A stretch of DNA of 52,575 nt. It comes from Candidatus Aenigmarchaeota archaeon LH_S7 (GTDB lineage Archaea; Aenigmatarchaeota; Aenigmatarchaeia; QMZS01). Position 1 is the stretch's first letter. The number at the start of each line of letters is the position of its first letter. Positions 36,884-46,035 of this stretch are shown here, piece by piece. Position numbers and translations under genes: made by a program. The stretch is from assembly GCA_023659895.1 (NCBI GenBank), contig JAGXOL010000004.1:1-52575 (forward strand). Reading direction: 5' to 3'. The notes beneath the pieces were generated by a model. That model was not told where the DNA came from, searched no databases, and saw only the letters and a program-made list of their open reading frames with translations.

Positions 36884-38794
36884 ATGGGTAAATTAATTAA
36901 GAAAGAAGATGCTTATTATCCTGATAAAGAATTTAAAAAACGTGCATGGGTGAAAGATAATTCCATTTATAAGAAAGCTAATCGCGATCCAATTAAGTTT
37001 TGGGATGAACTTGCACGAGAGCTACACTGGTTCAGGAAATGGAAAAAAACTTTCAAACATGAGCCCCCTTATTTTCACTGGTTCACTGGAGGAAAAATAA
37101 ATATTTCTTATAATTGTCTTGAGAGAAATCTTGAAAAAAGAAGAAACAAGGTTGCTTTAATATGGGAGCCAGAGCCAAAAAACGAAAGAGAAAGAGTCTT
37201 TACTTACTATGATTTGTATAGACAGGTTAACAAGTTTGCTAATTCCTTGAAGGAAATGGGTGTTAATAAAGGTGATGTAGTTGGAATTTACATGCCAATG
37301 ATCCCAGAGTCTTTAATAGCAATGCTTGCCTGTGCAAGAATAGGTGCAATCCACACAGTTGTTTTCTCAGCTTTCTCCCCTAAAGCCTTAAATATAAGAT
37401 TAAACCAAACCAATGCAAAAATTTTAATTACTGCAGATGGATATTATAGGAAAGGAAAAGAAATGAACTTGAAAGCGAATGCTGACAAAGGATCTAAAGG
37501 AACAAAAGTAAAGAAAGTTGTGACAGTGAGAAGAACAAATAGCAAAATCAAAAAAAAGAAAGGAGATTGTTATTGGGATGAAGTTATTGAAAAACAAAAA
37601 GATTACTGCAAGCCAGCTGAAATGAACGCAGAAGACACTTTGTTTATCTTGTTTACTAGTGGAAGCACAGGAAAACCAAAAGGGGTGATGCATGCTTGTG
37701 GGGGATATACTGTGCAAGCTTACTGGACTGCGAAGTTGATTTTTGATTTGTGTGATAATGATATTTTTTGGAGCACTGCTGACATAGGATGGATAACAGG
37801 ACACACTTATTCTTGCTATGGACCTTTACTGAATGGTACTACCTTTGTCTTATATGAAGGAGTTCCTGACTACCCAGAAACTGATAGATGGTGCCATATA
37901 ATAGAAAAATATGGTGTAACAACTTTTTACACTGCTCCAACCGCAATAAGAATGTTTGAGAAGGAAGTGGGAAAAGTAAAGGAAAACTTGAAGACTTTGC
38001 AATTAATTGCTTCTGTTGGAGAACCAATAAATGAGGAGGCTTGGAAATGGTTTTTTAAGCAGGTAGGTAAAGGAAACTGCCCTGTCTTGGATACTTGGTG
38101 GCAAACTGAGACTGGTGGAATTTTAATTACCTCCTTACCAGGAGTGGGACCTTTCAAACCAACCTTTGCGGGAATGCCTTTCCCAGGTGTGCAAACAGAC
38201 ATTTTGGATAATAAAGGGAAGAAGGTTAAAGCAAATCAGAAAGGAAATCTTGTAATTTTACCTCCTTTCAGCCCTGGAATGTTGAGGGGTGTTTACAAAA
38301 ATCCTAAGAAATACAAGAAAACTTATTTTGGTGAGTATGGAGACAAAGTTTATTTTACTGAGGACATAGCTTACAAAGATAAGAAAGGATTGGTAAGGAT
38401 TGTTGGGAGAGCAGATGATGTTATAAAAGTTGCAGGACATAGGATTTCAACTGGGGAAATGGAAAATATCATTGATTCCAACAACAAGGTTGCAGAATGT
38501 GCTGTTGTAGGAATCCCACACAAGATAAAAGGTGAAACCCCTGTTGTTTTTGTTGTGTTAAACCCAAAAAAGAAAGCCACTGAAAAAGACATTTTAAAGT
38601 TAATTACGGAGGGTATAGGGAAGATCGCAAAACCACAGAAAATCTTTTTTGTCAAAGACCTTCCAAAGACAAGAAGCGGAAAAATCATGAGACGTATCTT
38701 AAGAAAATTTTTTACAGGAGAGGATTTAGGAGACTTATCAACCTTAGCAAATCCTCAGACAGTGGATGAGATAAAGAAGAAAATTAAGAAATGA
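36884..38794 (+). CDS. acs: AMP-forming acetyl-CoA synthetase
   Basis: NISYNCLER, GAIHTVVFSAFS, FTSGSTGKPKG, ADIGWITGHTY, VGEPIN, DTWWQTETGG, GRADD, PKTRSGKIMRR. Confidence 0.96.
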   Translation: MGKLIKKEDAYYPDKEFKKRAWVKDNSIYKKANRDPIKFWDELARELHWFRKWKKTFKHEPPYFHWFTGGKINISYNCLERNLEKRRNKVALIWEPEPKNERERVFTYYDLYRQVNKFANSLKEMGVNKGDVVGIYMPMIPESLIAMLACARIGAIHTVVFSAFSPKALNIRLNQTNAKILITADGYYRKGKEMNLKANADKGSKGTKVKKVVTVRRTNSKIKKKKGDCYWDEVIEKQKDYCKPAEMNAEDTLFILFTSGSTGKPKGVMHACGGYTVQAYWTAKLIFDLCDNDIFWSTADIGWITGHTYSCYGPLLNGTTFVLYEGVPDYPETDRWCHIIEKYGVTTFYTAPTAIRMFEKEVGKVKENLKTLQLIASVGEPINEEAWKWFFKQVGKGNCPVLDTWWQTETGGILITSLPGVGPFKPTFAGMPFPGVQTDILDNKGKKVKANQKGNLVILPPFSPGMLRGVYKNPKKYKKTYFGEYGDKVYFTEDIAYKDKKGLVRIVGRADDVIKVAGHRISTGEMENIIDSNNKVAECAVVGIPHKIKGETPVVFVVLNPKKKATEKDILKLITEGIGKIAKPQKIFFVKDLPKTRSGKIMRRILRKFFTGEDLGDLSTLANPQTVDEIKKKIKK

Positions 38795-38988
38795 TTATAG
38801 GTTTTAAGTAAATTTAAAAAATTAAATGAAGATTTCGCAGAAAAAAGATATAATGATTTGAAAATATCATGCAAAAATAAAAATTATGAAAAAGCAGTTT
38901 CAGATATTTTTTGTTAGGTTATTTGGAAAATAAAAATGTAGATTATAAATCAAAATTCTTGCTGAGAGATATGAAAAGAATTAACTAG
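38791..38988 (+). pseudogene. Possible decayed small gene coupled to acs
   Basis: ATGA overlap with the acs stop; protein-like text across frames (NEDFAEKRYNDLK...KAVSDIF / LLGYLENKNVDYKSKFLLRDMKRIN*). Confidence 0.35.
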
Positions 38989-40099
38989 TTTGGTTTTTCA
39001 TATCTTCCCTAAGTTTTTCCACATTCAACCTGAACAATTTCACTTCAGGATTGTTAACATAAGAAGGCTCGAAATACTCAAGACCTTTCCCATTGTAGAA
39101 AAACATTTTCGTGAACAATGAATCCTCAATAACATCATTCATATAGATTGCATAAGGTCTGCAGAGAGCGTATTGTCTTCTTGAAGGAGAACAAAAATTA
39201 GGTACATTAATATGTGAAACACAGAAAGTGCTACCCTTCTTGGTTGGAATACATTTACCAGCTGGCTGGGACAAAGGAGTTCCATCCAAAGAAACCCATA
39301 AAGTTCCAGAAACTGTTGCATTAGGGTATTCTATCTCAGAAATTGAGCCATTCTGTACTAGAACCATTTTCTCAATTTTATTATATTGACTTTGTTGCAC
39401 CATATAAGGAATTATTTCTTGAGTACCGTTCTTGTTAAGAATCTTCAAGACGAAAGGTCCATAAATCAATGCTTTTCCATCTTGCCAAGAGAGCTCCTGC
39501 TGTTTCTTATAAGGGAATAAAGCATAATCATAAGCCTGACCTTTTCCCTTTTCTGGATCCCAATGGGAGAAGTAAGTCCACCAATGAGATTTACCTATCA
39601 AGTCATTGGAAGCGAGTTCATATAATTCATTGCACTCACCCATATAACTTTCCAGAACTTTGGCTGCCCAGGTTTCATTGCTTGTTGATAAAACCCCTGA
39701 CATATCTTGAATCCTTGAAGTAACACAATATTTTGTTCCATCAATTTCTTTCACATAACCCTGCCTGTCTTTAACACAGTCCAAACCATTTAGATTACTT
39801 AATTTGGTATGTCGTTTAGAACCTTGAGAACCTCCATCAAAAACTATTTTTCTCTCGGACAAAGCAGCAATCCAGTAACCAGGATCCCAGTAAGTTGCTA
39901 CAACAGTACATTTAGGAGTATTATTTTGCAACCAGTTCATTGAGTTAACCCAGTTCCCTGATATTCCTGTCCCATGTCTTGAAGCCATTTGATTAGAACT
40001 TCCATAGGTAACGAATAGAGAATAACCCACAATGAGCAGGAACATTCCAAACACTATTATTGAGATATAATAACCAGACTTGTTTTTTTCTTCACTCAT
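38981..40099 (-). CDS. aglB: Oligosaccharyltransferase AglB/STT3, C-terminal half (last TM + soluble domain)
   Basis: One N-terminal TM; NWLQNNT...ATYWDPGYWI (WWDYG-motif variant), FDGGSQ, DK motif NDLIGK. Confidence 0.88.
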   Translation of the reverse strand: MSEEKNKSGYYISIIVFGMFLLIVGYSLFVTYGSSNQMASRHGTGISGNWVNSMNWLQNNTPKCTVVATYWDPGYWIAALSERKIVFDGGSQGSKRHTKLSNLNGLDCVKDRQGYVKEIDGTKYCVTSRIQDMSGVLSTSNETWAAKVLESYMGECNELYELASNDLIGKSHWWTYFSHWDPEKGKGQAYDYALFPYKKQQELSWQDGKALIYGPFVLKILNKNGTQEIIPYMVQQSQYNKIEKMVLVQNGSISEIEYPNATVSGTLWVSLDGTPLSQPAGKCIPTKKGSTFCVSHINVPNFCSPSRRQYALCRPYAIYMNDVIEDSLFTKMFFYNGKGLEYFEPSYVNNPEVKLFRLNVEKLREDMKNQTS

Positions 40100-41321
40100 A
40101 TTTCCTTACCATTCTTATAAAAATATCAAATAAAATTCCTATAGCAATCCCAGCACAGATTGATAAAGGAATAGCAAGAAGCATTGCGAAACGAACAGCC
40201 CATATAGAACCGTATAAAGTAGGAAGAATCCATATCAACATAAAAAAGAACGTCTCAGGATAGATAGATTTCCTCCCAAAGTTTTTATAGAACAAATAAC
40301 CTAGAAAAGCAAGACCTAAAAGTCCAAATATAAAAATTGAAATCCCCACGCGAGACAAAATTTGATTTAAAGAAGCCCCCATCTCCTCAGAAATTGAAAC
40401 CCATACATTAGGAGATATTCCTCCCTCAGCTTTAGCTTCTTGGAAGAAGTTAGTAACCCCAATGATACTTTCTGTGGGACCAAGACCTTGTAAAGAGAAT
40501 GTAAAAATAAAAAATGTGAGGAATAGAACTATGTAAACTATTAAATGACCTTTAAAAAAGTAATAGCTGTGTTTTAGTTTTTCCTTAAAATTATCTCCCT
40601 TAGCTATTAAAATATTATATCCTCCATGAAACACAAACAAACCTATTAGGAGCCAAGGTATGTACGCGAAACCACTCCATGTTAGAGCGAAAGCTGCAAG
40701 TGAGATACCTCCTAGGATAGACAAAATTATTGGCAAAGGTTTCTTAAGATTATTTATATCAATCCTGTTGTAAGCTGACAAAAACAAAGCTACTATTAAC
40801 AAAGATAAAAGAATATTGATGCAGTCGGTATCAAAAAAACCTGCCATTGTTCTAGATAAAATTGAAGGAGTCATTCCAATAAAGAAAGCTGTGAATAAAC
40901 CTGCCTTGTTTGAATATAGCTCGCGACCAATCCAGAATGCAGGTATAACAGATAAAGCAGTTACAATAGCAGGGAACCAAAACAAAAATCTATAGAACTT
41001 GATTCCTGTCAAAGCATTTGCTATGGAAAAGGAATAAGCTGCGGAATAAGGGAAAAAACTTTGGCTAATACTTTTTTTTTCAGGCCACAATCTTAAAGGA
41101 TCCTTTTCAGGCATGTCCCCATCAACTATAAATTGTGTTTGCCTGTACCAGTAATGAGGGTCTGCAGCAAGTAGATAAGGCTGGTCAACCGTTGCAAGCC
41201 TTACAAACAAGCTTAAATAGAATACACCCAGAAGCAATAATAAAGAAATAGCTGTTTTATGTTTACTCAAAGTCCAAAATAATTTTGAAAAATCCAAAGA
41301 AATCTCTTTTTCTTCTGCCAT
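40092..41321 (-). CDS. aglB: Oligosaccharyltransferase AglB/STT3, N-terminal multi-TM half
   Basis: VRL...LAADPHYW, RTMAGFFDTD (DxD), WSGF, VSISEE (SVSE/TIXE-like), WAVRF. Confidence 0.9.
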   Translation of the reverse strand: MAEEKEISLDFSKLFWTLSKHKTAISLLLLLGVFYLSLFVRLATVDQPYLLAADPHYWYRQTQFIVDGDMPEKDPLRLWPEKKSISQSFFPYSAAYSFSIANALTGIKFYRFLFWFPAIVTALSVIPAFWIGRELYSNKAGLFTAFFIGMTPSILSRTMAGFFDTDCINILLSLLIVALFLSAYNRIDINNLKKPLPIILSILGGISLAAFALTWSGFAYIPWLLIGLFVFHGGYNILIAKGDNFKEKLKHSYYFFKGHLIVYIVLFLTFFIFTFSLQGLGPTESIIGVTNFFQEAKAEGGISPNVWVSISEEMGASLNQILSRVGISIFIFGLLGLAFLGYLFYKNFGRKSIYPETFFFMLIWILPTLYGSIWAVRFAMLLAIPLSICAGIAIGILFDIFIRMVRKYE

Positions 41322-41351
41322 AATTTATTAATTAGTTTTAATTATCATTCC

Positions 41352-42488
41352 TTATTTATGAAGTATCTCTATCACATCATCATTTTTTAATTCATAGTTT
41401 TTACCAAGTCTTTGCTTTGTTTTCACATTTATTCCGGAAATAAAATTGTCTCCAAAGTCCTTATGTATCTTGTAAGCTAAATCCAAAGTTGTAGAACCTG
41501 CAGGCATCAAATAAGCATCAGGCAAAATTCTCCCTTCCTTATCCTTCAAATTTTTTGAAACAGGATAAACAACAATGTAATTCAAAATATCAAAAACAAT
41601 TTTGTTTATTATCTCCTGCAGTCCAGTAGATTTATGATTATTCAAAAGATTTTTTATCTTTTCAAGAGCTTTCTTTTGTTTTTCATTTAAATTCCCAACA
41701 ACCTCAAAACCTTTATCCCCTGGCAAATATTTTATAAATTCTTTCTTTGAAGCTTTTTTTAGAGCTAGTTCAGCTTCAGCTGAGCAAGGTATAGCTCCTC
41801 TCTCAACTAATTTGTTAACCCATTTCTTACTTTCTTCTTTATCAACTTTGTTAGCTGCAACTAGAATTGGTTGGACTTCTTCCCTTAATTTCTTAGAGAA
41901 TTCAAATTTTTTTTCCTCACTCCATTTTTGAGGATCTTCTTTTAAATTCAAATTTTCAATAACTTTTTGAACTTCTTCCAAGGAAACATTTAAGCCAGAA
42001 AGCTGAGCTTCAATATCCTTCTTATCATTAATTTTTTTCCAGTTTTTTTCCAAAATTGAGAAAAACCATCTATTAAGCTCATTCTCCAAAAATTCAATAT
42101 CTTCTATGGGGTTGTGAGAGGAACATTCTTTCCCTTCTTTATCTGTGGTACCAGAAGCATCAACAATATGAATCAAAGCATTTGCTTGCCTTATGTTATC
42201 TAAAAACTGATTTCCCATTCCTTTTCCTTTATAAGCATCTGGGACCAAACCAGCAATATCTATTAATTCAACAGGAACAAATCTGTTACCTTCAACACAA
42301 TAACCTTGGTTAGGATTACATTTCACATCAAAAAACTTTTCAATACACTCCACACGAACAAATCCTACACCTATGTTAGGATCTATAGTAGTGAAAGGAA
42401 AATTACCAATTTTCGCATCCACCAAAGTAGAAGCCTTAAAAAAGGTTGATTTCCCAGAATTAGGCTTTCCAACAATCCCAATTTTCAT
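41352..42488 (-). CDS. ychF: Obg-family YchF-like ATPase/GTPase with TGS domain
   Basis: GKPNSGKST, NFPFTTIDPN, DIAGLV, NKVD, C-terminal DLAYKIH TGS domain. Confidence 0.92.
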   Translation of the reverse strand: MKIGIVGKPNSGKSTFFKASTLVDAKIGNFPFTTIDPNIGVGFVRVECIEKFFDVKCNPNQGYCVEGNRFVPVELIDIAGLVPDAYKGKGMGNQFLDNIRQANALIHIVDASGTTDKEGKECSSHNPIEDIEFLENELNRWFFSILEKNWKKINDKKDIEAQLSGLNVSLEEVQKVIENLNLKEDPQKWSEEKKFEFSKKLREEVQPILVAANKVDKEESKKWVNKLVERGAIPCSAEAELALKKASKKEFIKYLPGDKGFEVVGNLNEKQKKALEKIKNLLNNHKSTGLQEIINKIVFDILNYIVVYPVSKNLKDKEGRILPDAYLMPAGSTTLDLAYKIHKDFGDNFISGINVKTKQRLGKNYELKNDDVIEILHK

Positions 42489-42532
42489 AAATTATAAACC
42501 AAATTTAAGAAGATAGGTTTAGATACCTTCTC

Positions 42533-42538
42533 TATAAA
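42533..42538 (+). promoter_or_regulatory. Candidate TATA box for a leaderless transcript of 42560
   Basis: tataaa at -27..-22 relative to the ATG. Confidence 0.4.
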
Positions 42539-42559
42539 CTATTATTCCCCCAAATATTT

Positions 42560-42850
42560 ATGAGAAAAGGTTATTTCTTTTCCCTGGAAGTACTGCTTGC
42601 AATTTTGATAATCCTGTCCTCTTTATTTATCTATAGTGCGAGTTCTGAATACACTGAAAACAAAGAAAAAAGGATTTATAAAGCCTTGGATTTGCTTGAG
42701 AAGCAAAATAAGTTAGATTCTGGAAATCTGGAAAACAAATTAGAAACTATTTTAGGTTTTGATGTAGGAGTTAGCGAGGACTGTAATAAACTAAAATATT
42801 TACTCACAAGAAATTCCAACACTTTTAAGACAATCAATGTTTGCTATTGA
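42560..42850 (+). CDS. Small protein with class III (prepilin-like) signal peptide
   Basis: MRKG|YFFSLEVLLAILII. Confidence 0.7.
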   Translation: MRKGYFFSLEVLLAILIILSSLFIYSASSEYTENKEKRIYKALDLLEKQNKLDSGNLENKLETILGFDVGVSEDCNKLKYLLTRNSNTFKTINVCY

Positions 42851-43541
42851 AATCTTCCAACTTCTTTATTAGGTTATCTGGGGTAGAGGTATATGATATC
42901 GCAAGAGGTACTTTGTCAAGCTTTGCAATCCTCAAAGCAATTTCATCAATCTTTTTGATTCCATGTAATACTATTAATCCTGGTTTCAGATTTGTTAGTC
43001 GTAGGGCAACTAAAGGTGAACGACCTCTACTCAAATTCGTGAATATTAAGCAATGATAATTTATCAATGAGGAAACCCTTGCGAGTTCCGTAGGAGAAAA
43101 ATTAATAATAGCTTTTTCACTATCTATCAAAGAATATCCAAATATATTGTTATCTTCAAATTCATAGCAAGGCTCTCCATTAATCCCTTTCAAAAACTCC
43201 TTTATTGTCACAGGTTTTTCAAATTCTTTCATGCTCATGATGAAAGAGTTCAGCTCAGGAGATTCATACAAAGAAGTAAATTCTTTTATGGTTTCTCCAC
43301 CTTTCCTGGAATCAATGTTTATTATGGATTCCACTATTCTATATATTAATTTTATTCCTGGTGATTTTCTTCTCCCTGACTCATAATCTGAAATCACAGA
43401 AGCACTCATTCCCAGCTCTTTTGAAAGTTCTATTTGAGAAACTTTAAATATTTGTCTCCATTTTTTTATTGTTTCTCCTGGTAGAGAAGATAAAACCACC
43501 TCCCCAGCTATCTTTTTCTTTAGTTCACTCAACTTATCCAT
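42834..43541 (-). CDS. Archaeal transcriptional regulator, HTH-XRE + DRTGG-like domain (COG1709-like)
   Basis: KIAGEVVLS..PGETIKKWRQIF...SVISDYESGRRKSPG; FTNLSRGRSPLVALR. Confidence 0.9.
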   Translation of the reverse strand: MDKLSELKKKIAGEVVLSSLPGETIKKWRQIFKVSQIELSKELGMSASVISDYESGRRKSPGIKLIYRIVESIINIDSRKGGETIKEFTSLYESPELNSFIMSMKEFEKPVTIKEFLKGINGEPCYEFEDNNIFGYSLIDSEKAIINFSPTELARVSSLINYHCLIFTNLSRGRSPLVALRLTNLKPGLIVLHGIKKIDEIALRIAKLDKVPLAISYTSTPDNLIKKLEDFNSKH

Positions 43542-43563
43542 AAATTAATTTTTATTTATTTTT

Positions 43564-43737
43564 ATGGCAGAACCAGCGGAAGTTACTAAGGTTTTAAAGA
43601 GAGAAGGCCCAAAAGGGGTCAGTGTAGTGAAATGTAAAATATTAAATAGAGATAAAACTTTGGAAAGGGCTGTGATAGGAGCTGTGAAAGAAGGAGATAT
43701 AATTTATTTAAAAGAAACTGAGATGGGAGGATTATGA
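43564..43737 (+). CDS. rps28e: 30S ribosomal protein eS28; not in the ORF track
   Basis: MAEPAEVTKVLKREGPKGVSVVKCKILNRDKTLERAVIGAVKEGDIIYLKETEMGGL*. Confidence 0.92.
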   Translation: MAEPAEVTKVLKREGPKGVSVVKCKILNRDKTLERAVIGAVKEGDIIYLKETEMGGL

Positions 43738-43892
43738 GCAAATGTACTTATTGTGGGAAAAACGTAAAAAAAGGCTCAGGAGTCATGTTTGTAACAAACA
43801 AAGGCAAAATTTTATATTTCTGTTCAAGCAAGTGTAAAAAATATTATAAGATGAACAGGACAAAGGGAAAATGGGCAGTTACAGCGAAATAA
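43734..43892 (+). CDS. rpl24e: 50S ribosomal protein eL24; not in the ORF track
   Basis: MSKCTYCGKNVKKGSGVMFVTNKGKILYFCSSKCKK; ATGA overlap with rps28e and GGAGG SD; conserved gene order. Confidence 0.95.
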   Translation: MSKCTYCGKNVKKGSGVMFVTNKGKILYFCSSKCKKYYKMNRTKGKWAVTAK

Positions 43893-43942
43893 TTTATTAT
43901 AATATTCAACTTATGACAAATTAAAAGCTAGAAAGTAATTTT

Positions 43943-45382
43943 ATGAAGAGATTAGTCTTTTTGTTGATTTTAATATTTGTCCTTATACCAGCTCACGCAG
44001 AGGTAATCCATGATATTTCTGTTTCTCAAGAAACTCTGAAAATAAATTCCACTTTAATTTTGCAATCAGATGAAATTTTGGATTACTGGGAAGTTTCCTT
44101 ATCAATGCCATCCGATTCAGAAATCATTAAAATTAAGGATTCTGTTGGGATTATAGAAGATTATGAATTTGTAGGAGATGAGTTGAGTTTTAAAACAAAT
44201 TCCAAAAGGTCAAAAACAAAAATCGTGAACATTATCTACTCAGTACCTGTAAAAGAAAAATATGGTTTCAAATCCTCTTCTCTTGGATTATTTGGTTTTG
44301 GGAATGAAACCACAACAATTTTGGCTCCAAATTTTTCTTATTTCTTTGTTCCTAATGCGGAAATCCAGTATGGTGAGGAGATAAAAGCAAAGGGAAAAGG
44401 ACCTTTAAACGCGAAAATTCTTTTTGGGGGAGAAAAGGAAAGTGAACACTTTTTTACTAACTCTGAGTTAAATCTGAGTGAACTTGAAAACTATTATTGG
44501 ATTTTGGAAGGTCTTACAGGAATTGAACCTCCTACCAAGTTTGGAATTGCTGTTTTATCAGAAGAGGAATATGAAGGAGATTTGGAAAAATGGAGCGCGG
44601 GAATCTTTACTGGGGGTCTTATTGTGGTGAGAGAAGATTTAAAAGATAAAAAGAAAATGAAGACATTGATGCATGAAACTGCTCATGGTTTTAACTCTTT
44701 TGTTTTGGATTGGGATAACACAAAAATAAGCTGGTTTGATGAAGGAATTGCTACTTGTACAGGTTCGATAATTTCAAGACTTTTGAACCAGACAACTCCA
44801 GAACTTTTTGGTGAAGAAATCAGATGGAGGGAGAAAAACAAGATTTATTATTTAGAACCTTACCAGAAACCTGAGGATTTGTTGAATTATTACAAAGAAG
44901 GAAAGCATTGGATGCTTAACTGGTATCCAAAAAAATATGCTGATGAAAGAAGAGAGTTTGGTTATGCTTATTCTGAACTTTTTATTAGAGGGTATTTGAA
45001 AGACAATCCAAAAGGCTTGCATCCAGTTTACGAGCAATTAATAGAAATTGATGAAAGAGTTAAAAATGAAGATAAAAGAAATCAAATTCTATTAAACATT
45101 CTGAACGAAGATTTCAAACCTTGCTATTTTTCTAACTTGGAGGGAATTAAGAATTGCACAAAAGAACTTAATGAAATGACTTTTGAAATCCCTAAGGGAA
45201 AAGGAAAAAAGTTAAATTATCAGGTTGAAGCTCCTGAAGTGCCTGAAGTTGATGAGCAGGACTATGTAGATATAGGTAATATCTCTAATGAAACAAATTC
45301 CTTCCTCCAAAACATACAAAATTTCTTTAATTTTATAATCTCAGGATTGCAAAGCTTGTTTAACCAATTTAATAATTTATAA
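43943..45382 (+). CDS. Secreted gluzincin (M1/MA-like) zinc metallopeptidase
   Basis: Signal peptide; HETAH-x18-E (WFDEG). Confidence 0.82.
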   Translation: MKRLVFLLILIFVLIPAHAEVIHDISVSQETLKINSTLILQSDEILDYWEVSLSMPSDSEIIKIKDSVGIIEDYEFVGDELSFKTNSKRSKTKIVNIIYSVPVKEKYGFKSSSLGLFGFGNETTTILAPNFSYFFVPNAEIQYGEEIKAKGKGPLNAKILFGGEKESEHFFTNSELNLSELENYYWILEGLTGIEPPTKFGIAVLSEEEYEGDLEKWSAGIFTGGLIVVREDLKDKKKMKTLMHETAHGFNSFVLDWDNTKISWFDEGIATCTGSIISRLLNQTTPELFGEEIRWREKNKIYYLEPYQKPEDLLNYYKEGKHWMLNWYPKKYADERREFGYAYSELFIRGYLKDNPKGLHPVYEQLIEIDERVKNEDKRNQILLNILNEDFKPCYFSNLEGIKNCTKELNEMTFEIPKGKGKKLNYQVEAPEVPEVDEQDYVDIGNISNETNSFLQNIQNFFNFIISGLQSLFNQFNNL

Positions 45383-45423
45383 TAAAGTCCTCAAGAAACA
45401 TAATCATAAATAGGACTAATATT

Positions 45424-46020
45424 ATGAGGGCTCTAAAAAAAATAAAATCTTTTATCAAGGAATTAGAATACTTTCTTCATGAAACAAAAAATTCTGTTTT
45501 GTTAAGATTCTTTTTAGTAATAATTGTTGTCCTAGCATATTTTACTTTTGTTTCACTTGAATATGGTTTGAGTCAGGGATTTTTCATAACTTTCTTGACC
45601 TGGTCCTTTTTCGTTTTCTGCACACCAATCGCAGATGCAGGTTTTTTATTAGATTTTCCTGTACGCTTAATAACAAAAATAAGAATGATTTATTCAGAAA
45701 CAATTGTCTGGATGATTGTTTTTTTCACAAACTTTTACACAATCATTTTTAATCCAAGTATCTATGAAACAACCTTTATATTGCAATTATTTAAACATAT
45801 TTTATTTACCCCTTTCCCTTTTTGGTCAATAATTGTTCTTTCTTGCATGGGAACATTCCTTTCAATTTATTTTGGTGACGAGCTAATGGATGTTATAAAT
45901 TACAAAGAGAGAAAGAAATATTTGAAACACAAAAACAAAAGGAACCTTGTAGTACTTTTATTTTTAGTTGCAGCAATAATAGTTCTATATGATTTTCTCT
46001 TGATAAAAGGTGGGAATTGA
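45424..46020 (+). CDS. Hypothetical multi-pass membrane protein
   Basis: 4-5 hydrophobic segments; motif FFVFCTPIADAGFLLDFPVRL. Confidence 0.75.
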   Translation: MRALKKIKSFIKELEYFLHETKNSVLLRFFLVIIVVLAYFTFVSLEYGLSQGFFITFLTWSFFVFCTPIADAGFLLDFPVRLITKIRMIYSETIVWMIVFFTNFYTIIFNPSIYETTFILQLFKHILFTPFPFWSIIVLSCMGTFLSIYFGDELMDVINYKERKKYLKHKNKRNLVVLLFLVAAIIVLYDFLLIKGGN

Positions 46021-46035
46021 TGTTTTAAGTATTTT

